DNA of 64,000 nucleotides from an uncultured delta proteobacterium (GTDB taxonomy: Bacteria; Myxococcota_A; Polyangia; Fen-1088): the NCBI GenBank assembly GCA_963737265.1, contig CAVTRY010000015.1, positions 64,001-128,000 on the forward strand, in the 5' to 3' direction. Numbering within the stretch: the first letter of the stretch is position 1; each line of letters begins with the position of its first letter. Both the position numbers and the translations under genes were made by a program. Below are positions 42,911-53,937 of this stretch, one piece after another. Below the pieces are notes generated by a model, which was not told the DNA's origin, did not search any database, and saw nothing but the letters and a program-made list of their open reading frames with translations.

Positions 42911-44053
42911 TCACAGCTCGAAGACCAGCAGGCGCGTTTCGATGGGGCCGTTGAAAAGGCGGTGCGAGATCGTCGCTCGACGTTTTAGTATTTTGGAGAA
43001 GGCTGGATTTCCGGAGAGGCACACCGCGCGCCAGCCGGCCATGCGTTCGAACGAACGCGCCATGGTGGCATAGAGGCGTTCGACGTCGGAGCCCGATGCC
43101 GGGGCTTCCAGCCGCTCGCCGTAGGGCGGGTTGGTGCACAGGGTTCCGGCCGGCGCCTGCGCGGTCAAGCCGGCAACGTCGGCAACCTCGAACGTGATAT
43201 CGGACAGAACACCCGCGGCTTCGGCATTTCTTCGCGCCGCCGCAACGGCATCTTTGTCGATGTCGCGCGCGCGGATGGGGCAGGGTGCGGCCGCGAGGAT
43301 CTTCTCGCGCGCGCCTTTGCGGAGGCTCTCCCATATCTTGCGCTGGTCGCTCGTCGCCCAGCGCTCAAAGCCGAAGCGCCGCTGCAGTCCGGGCGCGATT
43401 CCGCGCGCCACCATGGCGTGCTCGATGGCCAGCGTGCCCGAGCCGGCCATGGGGTCGATAAATGGCCTATCGGTCGCGACGCCGCCGAGGCTGAGCACGG
43501 CCGCGCCAAGCGATTCCTTGAGTGGGGCGTCGACCATGGCCACGCGGTAGCCCCGGCGATGCAGCGGCTCGCCCGCTAGGTCGACGAACAGGCGCGCCTC
43601 GCTGCCGCGAACGTGCAGCACGACGGAAACGTCGGGATCGCGCGGGTTCACGTCGGGGCGCCGGCCACTGCGATCGCGAAGCATGTCGACGATGGCGTCC
43701 TTCACTTTGAGCGCGGAAAAGCCCGAGTGCCGCAGGTTGGGGTTGTCCTGTGTCGTCGCGCTCACCGCGATGGTCAGGCCCCGACCGACGAAATCGGTCC
43801 AGTCGATCGCGTGCGCGCCCGCGTAGAGCGCGTCGGCATCGCGTGCCTCGAAGGCGCCAACCTCCAGCAGCACGCGCATGGCAACGCGAGAATGGAGGCA
43901 CACCTTCATGCCGTCCATCAGGGTGCCGGCGAAGGAAACCCCACCTGTGGCACCCGAGGGCCCGTGAATCCGAAGAGCCACTAGCTCGCGCCGAAGCCCG
44001 CCCTCGGTCCCCTTGGCACACGTCACGAAAAAATTGCAATTGGAGGCGTTCAA
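42911..44053 (-). CDS. THUMP-domain RNA methyltransferase (RlmL-like)
   Basis: FVTCAKG.E, KVKDAIVD, LHRRGYR, APLKE, DPMAGSGT, TNPPYGERL; start uncertain. Confidence 0.9.
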   Translation of the reverse strand: MNASNCNFFVTCAKGTEGGLRRELVALRIHGPSGATGGVSFAGTLMDGMKVCLHSRVAMRVLLEVGAFEARDADALYAGAHAIDWTDFVGRGLTIAVSATTQDNPNLRHSGFSALKVKDAIVDMLRDRSGRRPDVNPRDPDVSVVLHVRGSEARLFVDLAGEPLHRRGYRVAMVDAPLKESLGAAVLSLGGVATDRPFIDPMAGSGTLAIEHAMVARGIAPGLQRRFGFERWATSDQRKIWESLRKGAREKILAAAPCPIRARDIDKDAVAAARRNAEAAGVLSDITFEVADVAGLTAQAPAGTLCTNPPYGERLEAPASGSDVERLYATMARSFERMAGWRAVCLSGNPAFSKILKRRATISHRLFNGPIETRLLVFEL

Positions 44054-44194
44054 ATGGAGCTGTCCCGGCCCGCTCGGCGCCCACACCATGCGATGCAAAG
44101 CTGGGCCAAGCAAGCGCAATCCGCCGTGATAAGGTCGGCCGGTTGTTTGTCGTTCCTTTGTCACGACCACGAATCCAGAAATCTAGGAGGAACC

Positions 44195-44963
44195 ATGAAG
44201 ACTGCGCGAGCCTCGAAGCAACACCACCTCCGGGGATGGATCCCGGACTACCCCGATCAACGCGATTTTCTCTACGCCGATCTGCGCCGGGCGGTGGCGC
44301 CGCCGCCCCCGTCCGTCGATCTTCGAGCCGAGATGTCCCCAGTTGAAGATCAGGGCCAACTCGGAAGCTGCACCGCCAACGCGCTGGCTGGCGCGCTGGA
44401 GTTCCTGGAAATCAAGAACGGACAGCCGTACGTCGATCTCAGCCGTCTGTTCATCTACTACGACGAGCGCGTGATCGAACACACCGTCGCCACCGATTCG
44501 GGTGCCATGATTCGCGACGGGGTCAAGACCCTGGCGGCGCAGGGCGTGTGCTCGGAGAAGAAGTGGCCGTACGTCATTTCGACCTTCACCAAAAAGCCCA
44601 CCCCGGCGTGCTACGCCGAGGCCAAGAAGCACATGATTCGTACCTATCACCGCATTCTGACCCTCGACGAAATGCGCGGATGTCTGGCCGACGGTTTCCC
44701 TTTTGTCTTCGGTTTCACCGTCTACGAAAGCTTCGAAATCCGCGGCCGTGGCAAAAACCGGCGTAGTCAATATGCCGAAGCCGCGCGAAAAGACGCTGGG
44801 TGGACACGCGGTGTGCGCGGTTGGTTACGACGACAAGACCAAGCGCGTGCTCGTGCGCAACTCCTGGGGAACCTCGTGGGGAATGCAGGGCTATTTCACC
44901 ATACCCTACGACTACGTCGCGGATCGCAACCTGTCCGACGATTTCTGGACGATCCGCGCATAG
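44195..44963 (+). CDS. C1 (papain-like) cysteine peptidase (frameshift ~44737)
   Basis: AGGAGG RBS; DQGQLGSCTANA, GGHAV..VGY, RNSWG..WG..GYF. Confidence 0.9.
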
Positions 44964-45049
44964 GCCGCGCATTCGCCTCAATCCACTCCCTTCCAAGAAA
45001 CGGGCTCGGGCTCGGGAACCGCGCGCGACCGGTATGTGCGGCATCGACG

Positions 45050-45915
45050 AGGTCCGGGGCGTCGTGACGGGCATTACGACCAATCTTGGGACGACGGCCC
45101 TTCAGTCGTTGGTTTATGACTACGATGCCAACCTGAACGTGAAGAGTCGAACTGATTCCGTGGCGGGCGTGCTCGAGCAGTTCCACTACGACTCCCTCGA
45201 TCGGATTCACGACTGGCAAGAGGTGGGCTCCTATGGCTGGGGTGTGACCCATAGCCACGACGACATCGGAAACCTGACCGGGCGATCGTTGCTGGGCGGC
45301 AAGGGGGAAACCGAGGCGCTCACGTTCGAGCACAGCGGCGTAAACGCTGGGCCGCACGCCGTGACGACGTCGGCCTGGGGAACCTACGGCTACGATGGGA
45401 AAGGCAATCAGACGTCGTCGCCCGAGGGGACGATTGCGTACACGTATTTCAACTTGCCGAAGAGCATCGTTGGCACGGACACGTCCACCTTCAAGTACGA
45501 CGCGTCAGGCGCCAGGGTTCTGAAGTCGGCCGGCGCTACCGGAACGACGATCTACGCCGGGGGGACGTACGAACGCCGAACCGTCGCGGGCTCCAAGACC
45601 CATGTGTTCTATTTGAACACATCCGGGCGACAGATTGGGCAGATCCTGCGCAAGGAAAGCGACCAGAGCGAGACCGTCCTCTACATCCACAGCGATTCGC
45701 TCGGCTCGTCCGAGGTGGTTACGGACGCCAACGGACAAGTGGTTGGGGAGCGCCGGAAGTACGATCCCTTCGGTGCGCCCACGGACATCACCCTGCCCAA
45801 GGCATTCCCCGGTGGCAGCCTGATGAGTACCGACGTTCACATCGGCTTCACCGGGCACGAGGAAGATTCGGAAACTGGGCTGATCAACATGCGCGGGAGA
45901 ATCTACAACCCTCTG
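45050..45915 (+). pseudogene. Rhs core fragment
   Basis: YDYDANLNV..R, F.YDSLDR, YIHSDSLGS, YDPFG, GFTGHEED.ETGLINMRGRIYNP; truncated at both ends. Confidence 0.88.
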
Positions 45916-45971
45916 TCTTTCGGGCAAGCGGACCCGATTTTTTACCGGAAGCCGCTGAACGTTTTTCGGGA

Positions 45972-46286
45972 GTGTCATTCTCTCGCAAGAGCGAGCGCGG
46001 CAGCGTTGCCACGATGGGACGTTATCGGGGCCAACCAATTCCGTACGCCGCCGCCGAACTCATTGGCCCCGAGAGCAGCACGGATCTTCAGGTTCCAGAT
46101 GCTCCCTTTTTTGCAGCCATCGAAAGAGTCGCACCTGACTGTTCGGCCGCTGGAGCTACGCTGATGCTCTTTCACATGGACGTGGCATTCCGCGAGCAAT
46201 GCAACATTGAGCTGAGCCATGAGTTCGTGTCGGCTTTGGCTCAACTTGGAATCGGGATTACCATGTCTTGTTTTGAGGTGGCCTGA
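45972..46286 (+). CDS. Small hypothetical protein, possible orphan immunity protein
   Basis: C-terminal QCNIELSHEFVSALAQLGIGITMSCF; located inside the Rhs locus. Confidence 0.4.
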   Translation: MSFSRKSERGSVATMGRYRGQPIPYAAAELIGPESSTDLQVPDAPFFAAIERVAPDCSAAGATLMLFHMDVAFREQCNIELSHEFVSALAQLGIGITMSCFEVA

Positions 46287-46362
46287 TTGAGAGCCCTGTT
46301 CGTCTGAAAAAAAGAGATGTCAAGGACCCAACAATTCATCCCGCCCAGATTCCGGTCTGAGC

Positions 46363-46689
46363 ATGAGCATGAAGTTTGATGGGGTCGCAAGCGCGATATT
46401 TGACCGAGCGTGCCCCGTACATGCCGGCGCGGGGGTGGTGCCGCGGGTGGGTAACCCCCAGTGGCGCGACGCCGGCAACTTCAATTGCGGATTCATTGGA
46501 ACCGCTCTTGGATACAGTCCGCAGATCTTACACTTCATGGCTGGAGCGCTGCAGATAGCTATGGGACATTCTGAGTTTCCTTGGGGCATGCCTGGCGAAC
46601 CTTTTTCACCGGGCAGCGATGGCCCTGTTGACTACTTCTGGATCGAACAAGGCATTGCGCTTGGCAATGCAGCTCGCGCAATGCCATGA
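46363..46689 (+). pseudogene. Ntox44-like (polymorphic toxin 44) RNase tip remnant
   Basis: DAGNFNCGFIGTALG....L...AGALQ...DGPVDYFWIEQGI matches the GNFNYG..G.A.G...AG.AQ / D..D...I..GI pattern. Confidence 0.7.
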
Positions 46690-47108
46690 AAGCATCGGTT
46701 TCCTTTCTTGGAGGGCTTGGGATGTGTCTTGTGGGGACAATCTTTGGCAGTTGTCGTCAGGGGCTGCTCTGCAATTCTACGGTTACGTCAGAAGTTCCCT
46801 CACCGAACGGTGCGTTCATTGCGGCCACGGTAGTCGAGTCATGTGGTGGCGCAGCTGGTAGTATTGGTACTTTGGTGGAGGTCAGGACGAGGGAAGGTTT
46901 CTGGGCACCATGGAATTGGAGCGTATTCAGGCTTGGGTGTGTGGGAACGCCAAGACTCCGATGGCGGCACAACCATCTTGCCATTGGGCTCACCAGAGCG
47001 CTGGCCGAGTGCGTCGTGCGAAGGGACTATGAGTGGAACGGAATCCCGGTGACCTACGACGACCTAGGCGGTGAGCCTGCCCCATCCTTACCACCGTTTG
47101 GCCTTTAG
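46686..47108 (+). CDS. Candidate immunity membrane/lipoprotein
   Basis: ATGA overlap with the toxin tip; hydrophobic N-terminus; SPNG.F.A......CGGA motif. Confidence 0.5.
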   Translation: MKASVSFLGGLGMCLVGTIFGSCRQGLLCNSTVTSEVPSPNGAFIAATVVESCGGAAGSIGTLVEVRTREGFWAPWNWSVFRLGCVGTPRLRWRHNHLAIGLTRALAECVVRRDYEWNGIPVTYDDLGGEPAPSLPPFGL

Positions 47109-48232
47109 TGGGGAGCAATAGCCATGGTTACATCGGTCTCTGCGCAGACAGATCCCGTTCCGAGGGTAGTGTCCCAGATCCCCTTCCGAGGGTCATTCGG
47201 TCCCACAGCGGTCCGGAGAGTCGTTTCTGCATTTTGTTTTCCACCTGGCAACGGCATTTGCTTCAGCTCCGATTCGGCCCCCGGCGGCAGGCTGATTCTG
47301 GTTGACGGAGACCGCGCGCGGTGATCAGGCCGCGGTGGCCGCTTTGGGCTCGCTGGCGCCGGTGGCCTGGCTGGCCGCCGTGGCCACGGCTGCCGCAACC
47401 CCGACAACCTCATGCAGATCCTGTATTTCTCATGCTGCCACTGACCCTCGACGGAAGCTCACCCGAAAGCGTGATGGGCGCGAAAACTCCAGAAGCAATA
47501 CGGTCGGCACCTGTCCGGTTCGGTCTCTACCTTCTGGGGAGACGGACGACAAGTCCTCTTCCCATTGCGAAAAGTCCGTGCACACCCGTTCAAGATGGGC
47601 TGGCTAAAGAAACCTGACTTTGTGCCCAAAATCTTTGGAGAGCCCGGTGCACTCGAAAGTCTGAGCGAGTAAGGTTCAACGCTCCCGGGTACACGCGCAC
47701 ATAGTCGACGACCACGGACCACTACACCAGACCCCGAGTCTCTCCCACGTCGAGAATCCACAGGTCCGACTCCATGTGGCCTCGCTCGGCCCAGCGCTTT
47801 CTCAGCCGGTCGACAGGTTCCCGAATCGGTTCGCTGCTGAGGTTGAAAGTGCCCCAGTGCATGGCCACGAAACGACGAGCGCCTAGCATCTCATATGCGT
47901 CGACCGCCTCTACAGGATCCATGTGCTGGGCCTGCATGAACCAGCGAGGCGAATACGCGCCGATAGGAAGGATGGCGATATCGATGCTCGGAAACCGGGA
48001 TCGGACGGCCTGAAAAACCGCGGCTTGCAGGGCACTGTCGCCAGCGAAGTAGACGGTCACGCCGTCCGCCTGAAAGACCAACCCGCCCCAAAGGGTGCGA
48101 TTCCGGCTCGATAGGTTGCGCATCCCCCAGTGGTGGGCGGGGGTCAAGGTCATGCGAAGCCCTTGTCGATCAACGCTTTGCCACCAGTCAAGCTCGGTTG
48201 CTGGGCGGGGCAGGTGGCGGCCCATCTGCAAG

Positions 48233-49661
48233 CATAGGCATTAACCCAAAAACTTGCGATTTCTCCAAGAACGCCCGCATATGCTCGGGATGGACAACAT
48301 AGCGAAGGACAGCACCACGGGCGACTGGCCAATGATTGCGGCGCAGCTTCCATCCGGATGGGAGGATCTGGCGGTCGAGATGGGCGTGGTCTACACGAAG
48401 TTTCCGGCGCACATGGGCACGAAGGTGACCGAGGCGGCACATTTGCTGCAGCCGATTCTGTACCAGGTGGCGACGAACTCGTCGCTGGCCGTGACGGTGG
48501 CGATGGCGGCGGCGGCCGGGGTGATCAAGATGTCGGCAGTCGGGCTGCACAAGCGAATGAGAACCATTGGTCCCTACCTGGCGCGACTGGTGACGCTGAT
48601 GACGGATGCCGAGGCTTCGTTCGCAGCGGAGCGATGGGCGGGCTACGACGTGGTGATCGTGGACGGCTCTTCGGTGTCGCGGCCAGGAGCCGAGGGCACC
48701 ACGGCTCGCGTTCACTATGCGCTGCGCTTGAGCACGTTGCGGCCTGTGCAAATCGAGGTCACGGATGACAAGGGCGGCGAGACGTTCAGAAACTTCGATG
48801 CCGAGGCGGGACAACTGTGGATGGGCGACCGCGGCTACTCGAACCCGCCTGGCATAGCGGCGATCATGGCGGCGGATGCCGACGTACTGGTCCGATACAA
48901 CCGTGGCTCGCTTCCTCTGTACGGCATGAACGGGCAGCTACTCGACGTTCAGCGAATGCTGGCTCGCCTCAAGCATCCGGGGGTTGCACGCGAATGGTAC
49001 GCAGAGGTCCATCCGCAGGGTGGCAAGGCGATCGCTGGCCGGCTGTGCGCGTTGCTCTTGCCGCCCGACAAAGCAGAGGAGGCTCGGCAGCGCGCGCGAC
49101 GGGAACAAGGTCCGTCTGTGACTGAGGAAACCCTTGCGGCCGCGCAGTACGTGGTGGTGTTCACGACCGTACCGAGGTCGCGGCTGACCGCCGCCCTGGT
49201 CATGGAACTATACGGCCTCCGCTGGCAAATCGAGCTTCACATCAAGCGGGACAAATCCATCGCAGGGCTCGAACCGACTGCCCAACTTTCGCAACGACAC
49301 TGTCTATTCCTGGATTTGCGCCAAGATGCTGCTTACCCAGATCGCCCGCAAACTTGCTACACCCAACGTGGCTATTCCCCCCTGTGGAGAACTCGACTGG
49401 TTCGGCATCCGACGAGCCGCAGAAAGGCGTCAGGGCCGGACTCAGGCGATCAAAGCACCGGGTCGTAGCCGAGCCATGGCGTCTCATGACCGTCCTCTGG
49501 CAAACCGTATGCGCGGCGCTCACGCCGATCAGCGCCAGTCGGTTTCCCGATTTCTTGCAGGCATTCCTTGACCACCTTCAACTCCAAGTCCCGCGCAAGC
49601 GTCTACGCAGCGCCGTTAAGTTCCAGCAACATCTTGCGGAGGAATTGGGTTAATGCCTATG
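48233..49661 (+). mobile_element. IS4-family insertion sequence, 1429 bp
   Basis: Perfect 17-bp terminal IRs CATAGGCATTAACCCAA (48233-49) / TTGGGTTAATGCCTATG (49645-61); 11-bp TSD CCATCTGCAAG at 48222-32 and 49662-72. Confidence 0.95.
48281..49653 (+). CDS. IS4-family DDE transposase (frameshift ~49270)
   Basis: IVDGS, GDRGY, Y.LRWQIEL..KR.K (YREK); stop lies in the right IR; start uncertain. Confidence 0.9.
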
Positions 49662-50154
49662 CCATCTGCAAGGGCGCAACGATCTCTGGCTCGCCTTTGA
49701 GCTTGGCCAAACTGGGAAGGTCGAGGTGATCGAAGTGATCGTGAGAGAGAGCCACCAGGTCGATGAGAGGCAGTTGCTCAGGCGAAAGCCCGGGCGGCAC
49801 GTGGCGCCAGAGGGTTCCAGCCGGATGGCCGAACACCGGGTCGGTCAGAATCCAGCGGCCGCCCATGCGCAAGAGAAACGTGCAATGCCCTATCCAAGTC
49901 AGATGGGGCGCCTGGGGCGCCAGCGCGGCTGCTTGGTCGAGTCGGCACGGAGGCCTCCAGGATTTTCGCCGCCGAAAGAGATCGGCGAGGGCGGTCGCGC
50001 TCTGGCGCAACTCATCCGGCAATCGGCTCATGACCGCCCAGCGCAGGACTGCCAGTCCGCCCTTGTCGGGAGTTGTACCGTCCAGGTTCACGAATCGCCC
50101 ATCGACGGCCGGGGACCGGGTGCTCGCCGTGACGTCCGCCATGACCGCCGAAGC

Positions 50155-53100
50155 CTACTCCAGTCCAGGCGCCAGGACACGGCTGATGGCATCGGGATTG
50201 ACGATCCCCCTCTCGCTCATCCAGGCCCTTGCCGCGTTCGGGTCCAGATCGGCTGGCCCGCCTGCTAGATGCCGCCCGCCGGCGACGCGGGCGGCATGTG
50301 CCAGCAGCCAGAGGTTGTTCTGCTGCAACTCCCTCACGGCCGCGACCAGGCTAGGCTTGACGGCATGGGCGCGACCCTCCACCTCGGCCAGGCCGCTCGC
50401 GGTCACGAGCGCCAGTGCGACAGCCCACCTATCGGGCTGTCGCTGCATGCGTGCGATGAGCTGACGGGTTGCCTTGAGGTATCTTGGCCTCTCCTTGCCA
50501 CTCGACTGTTGCGCGGCGGCCAGGGCCGCGCGTGCTCGCAGATGGAGAGCCGCGATGCGCGTGTGTTGGATATGGAATACGCCCGAGCGACGCAGCTCGG
50601 CCCACCGGGCCCCTATCAAGTCGTACGCCGCGGGGCCATGGCCCAGGTACAGCTCCGTCTGAACCATCGCGATCAGGTTGTACCAATGTTGGACGTGGAA
50701 GCCTTGACGAGACCATCGCTCGATGGCCTGGTCGGTCTCGATCCTGGACCGAACAGGATCGTTCCGCATCAGCCAGACGAAGTTGGCGAGGCCGGTGCGG
50801 AAGTTGGTCGCGGCGTAGAGCGATCCGCGGTCGGTCGCCTGTCGCAGCCCGATGGAGATGAGTTGCTGGAAGGAGACGAGATCGCCCAGGTAGTACAGAT
50901 CCTCCATGAGGAACTGCCGGACGGTATCGAGTTCCCAGACCGCGCCGGCGCACTTCTGGGTGAACACCTTTTCCGCCACCTCCAGCTGTTCGCGGCTGCG
51001 CCCAAAATCGCCAACCAGGTGGGCGATCACCCCGGCCATCAGCAAGGTCACGCCGCGGGCGTAGGGATCGCCCAGCTTCTCAGCGATGCTCGATGCCTCA
51101 GCCAGCAGGCGATGGGCGCGCGCCAAGCCTGCCTGACCACGGCCCACGCACCACGCGGCCTCACCCGCCAGGCCCCGACTCACGCGAGGCAAGTCCTCCG
51201 CCTGCAACGCCAACAGTAGGCTGAGGGCTTGGAAGTACGCTCCCTTGATGGGATCAATGAGTCCGATGCCAGAAGACAGGGACCAGCAGAGGTCGATGCG
51301 TGCAGCCGTTTCCGCAGCCGGTGGTGCCGACGCCCCCGATCGACAGCGCAAGCCCCGCCAGCGCAGGCGCGCCCGCACCCACGCGAGGTTCGGCAAGGGG
51401 TGCCTGGGCATCTTCATGTGGGCCGCTGCCAGGGCGGTGCGCGCTACATCCATCCCCTTGTCGAAGTGACCGCTGCGCAAGAGCTCGCCGCTGGCCTTGC
51501 GGTGCAGCTCCAGCGACAAGGCTGCGTCGGCGCCCTGCGCGGCGGCAGCCAAGTACTGTTGCGCCGCCGCGAAGCCACGACCCGCGCAAGCCAGCGCATT
51601 GGCCAATTGGACCAGCAGATTCCCTCTTTGCTTGACGTCCCAGGTGCCGACCTTGAGTGCCATCTCAAAATGCTCGGCCGCGCGGTCAAAGGCCAACGCC
51701 TTCATCGCACGTTCGCCAGTGGCCACCAAATGACTAGCCGCCTTGCTGTCGTGCCCTGCCTCCAACCACAGCTCAGCCACCTGCGCAGGATCGCCATCGG
51801 CTCGGAAAGCGAAGGCCAAGCGCTCGGCCAGAACGCGCCGCCTGCTTGGGTCGAGTCCGCTCGACAACCAGACCCGCAATTGCTCGTGGCACAGCTCGAT
51901 TCGTTCCCGCCCCAGATCCCCGCTGGCATGGAGCAGACGCTCACGCAGCAGTTCCGCAACCAGTCGACTGAAGATCCTGGGCTCGATCTCGCTGGCTGTC
52001 TGCACGACGAGTTCCGGCACCGGCGCGCCCACCGTGGCGACCAGATCGAGGACAATGCGTGCTTCCGTTCCCGCCCGCTCCACGCGATCACGCAGCAGAT
52101 CGCTCAGGTTCAGACGCGAGGTTTTCAGGTCATGCGCCAGGGCGTAGCGGGCCAGCTCCTTGACAAACAGGGCATTGCCCTGCGTTGTCTCAGCCAGCGG
52201 CTCAAGTTCCAGCGTAGCCTGGCGCTCAAGCGAGAAGACCGACTGCAGCAGGGCCAACGTGGCGTCCCGATCAAGAGGGGGAAGCTCAATCCGAATCTGG
52301 CGGACAGATGGATCCAGCCAATCCGCGCTCGCCCGCCCGGATCCACGACAGGTTCCGAGAAACAGCATCCGGGGCAGTCGGCTGTCGGCTAGCAAAGCGG
52401 AGAACATGGCCAGGCTGTCGGCATCGGCCCACTGCAGATCGTCGACGAAGATGACCATCGGGCTGGCGCCGGTGATCGCGGCCAGAGCCTCGCGCAGCCC
52501 ATCGAGCAGGCGGCTGCGCAGCTCGTGAGGGTCCGACGGGATCTCGACCGCACTTGCGACGGTGACTTCGGGTATCTGCTCCAGAGCTGGAAACAAGTGG
52601 CGCAGCAGCGGTGCGATTGCCGGAACCAGAACCGCGCGCGCGCCGGGGGACATTTGGCCCACCTGGTGGGCAAGTTGGTCGATGACACCGTCGAGGGCCT
52701 TGAAGGGCAGGAACTCGCGCTCGTGGCAACGAGACGCAACCACGGTGGCCCCCTGTTCTGTCGCCAACGCGTCGAGAAACTGTCGGCATAGCTCGGTCTT
52801 TCCGATGCCGGGCTCGCCGGTGACCAGCAGGGCGACTCGGTCTCCGCCAACCGCGTCCGAAAACGCCGAGCGCAAGGTCGCCGTCGGGCCAGATCGCCCG
52901 AACAGAGGGCTGGTCCCTGCCCGTGCTTGGCGCGCCCCCCACGCGGGGTCGCCCGGCGCGCCCAGGGCCTGCAGGATCGAGCTGGGATCGGGTCTCATGT
53001 CGGGTTCCCTCGCCAGCAGGATCTCGCACAGCTCGGCCAGCTCCGGCGGTACTTCCGGATCTCGCTGGCAAACGGGCACGGCAACTTCGTGCTGCTTCTT

Positions 53101-53871
53101 GTATAGAATCTCGAACGCATGGCCATCAAAGGGCAGCACCCCGGTCAGGGCCTCATACAAGATCACGCCAAAGCTGTACCAATCGGCCGCGGGCGTCGGC
53201 GGTTCGAACAAGGCCTGTTCTGGCGCCATGTAGGCGGGCGTGCCGGCTCCGAGAAACGTCGTCCGAGCCTCTCCCTCTGTCGCTAGGCCGAAGTCGAGAA
53301 TGACGACCCGACCCTCGGGTGTGACCAGTACGTTGGTCGGCTTGATGTCTCGGTGAACCTGGCCCGCGTTGTGGATGGCGGCCAGACCCTGGGCGAGTTG
53401 CGAGAACGTCTCACGCACGCAAGGCTCGTCGAGGGTACCGCGATCCTGGGGCGGTCTGTCCGGAACGGCCTGTCTGGGGCCTCGCATGGTTGCACCGTCT
53501 CGGTCGGGCCGACCAACCGACGGCACGTGCGCCGCACCCGCGATTCCACGCACGTGCGAAAGCAAATCCACGCCATGGACAAGCTCCATCGTGAAAAACC
53601 AACGCTCACCATCAGAAAAAAGATCCCCGAAACGCACGACGTTGGGATGGCGGATATTGGCCGCTGCACGGAACTCTTTCTTGAACCGGCGAAGAAGGTC
53701 GGGCTGCAGCCCGGGAAGCAGCTTGAGCGCTACGCGAAGGCCTAGCTCGCTGTCCTCCGCCTCGTAAACCACTCCCATGCTTCCTTGTCCGAGCAGACGA
53801 ACCAGGTGGAAACGCTCAGTCCCACGAAAACGGACCGCTCGGACTTCGCTAGGAACCTCACTTCGAAGCAT
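50155..53871 (-). CDS. Ser/Thr protein kinase with AAA ATPase and helical-repeat C-terminus
   Basis: GQGSMGVVY, VALK, HRDIKPTN, DFGLA, GTPAYMAPE; GEPGIGKT; VDDLQWAD. Confidence 0.93.
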   Translation of the reverse strand: MLRSEVPSEVRAVRFRGTERFHLVRLLGQGSMGVVYEAEDSELGLRVALKLLPGLQPDLLRRFKKEFRAAANIRHPNVVRFGDLFSDGERWFFTMELVHGVDLLSHVRGIAGAAHVPSVGRPDRDGATMRGPRQAVPDRPPQDRGTLDEPCVRETFSQLAQGLAAIHNAGQVHRDIKPTNVLVTPEGRVVILDFGLATEGEARTTFLGAGTPAYMAPEQALFEPPTPAADWYSFGVILYEALTGVLPFDGHAFEILYKKQHEVAVPVCQRDPEVPPELAELCEILLAREPDMRPDPSSILQALGAPGDPAWGARQARAGTSPLFGRSGPTATLRSAFSDAVGGDRVALLVTGEPGIGKTELCRQFLDALATEQGATVVASRCHEREFLPFKALDGVIDQLAHQVGQMSPGARAVLVPAIAPLLRHLFPALEQIPEVTVASAVEIPSDPHELRSRLLDGLREALAAITGASPMVIFVDDLQWADADSLAMFSALLADSRLPRMLFLGTCRGSGRASADWLDPSVRQIRIELPPLDRDATLALLQSVFSLERQATLELEPLAETTQGNALFVKELARYALAHDLKTSRLNLSDLLRDRVERAGTEARIVLDLVATVGAPVPELVVQTASEIEPRIFSRLVAELLRERLLHASGDLGRERIELCHEQLRVWLSSGLDPSRRRVLAERLAFAFRADGDPAQVAELWLEAGHDSKAASHLVATGERAMKALAFDRAAEHFEMALKVGTWDVKQRGNLLVQLANALACAGRGFAAAQQYLAAAAQGADAALSLELHRKASGELLRSGHFDKGMDVARTALAAAHMKMPRHPLPNLAWVRARLRWRGLRCRSGASAPPAAETAARIDLCWSLSSGIGLIDPIKGAYFQALSLLLALQAEDLPRVSRGLAGEAAWCVGRGQAGLARAHRLLAEASSIAEKLGDPYARGVTLLMAGVIAHLVGDFGRSREQLEVAEKVFTQKCAGAVWELDTVRQFLMEDLYYLGDLVSFQQLISIGLRQATDRGSLYAATNFRTGLANFVWLMRNDPVRSRIETDQAIERWSRQGFHVQHWYNLIAMVQTELYLGHGPAAYDLIGARWAELRRSGVFHIQHTRIAALHLRARAALAAAQQSSGKERPRYLKATRQLIARMQRQPDRWAVALALVTASGLAEVEGRAHAVKPSLVAAVRELQQNNLWLLAHAARVAGGRHLAGGPADLDPNAARAWMSERGIVNPDAISRVLAPGLE

Positions 53872-53937
53872 GGACTTCCTATGCCGGGTTGGGATCTCGC
53901 CGCTGGATCCAACTAGGGATCAATGCGCAGCTGTCGT

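Larger units (their letters stand above)
47722..50142 (-). pseudogene. MBL-fold metallo-hydrolase (NAPE-PLD/RomA-like) interrupted by an IS
   Basis: 5' half TWIGHCT, TDPVF, SHDHFDHLD; 3' half PAHHW, YFAGDS, LPIGAY.PRW, HMDP, MHWGTF; removing the IS and one TSD restores ...IVAPLQMGRHL... Confidence 0.93.

Noticed and set aside
47108-47720. Short ORFs between the Rhs debris and the MBL gene
   Set aside because: No recognisable motifs or consistent coding signal.
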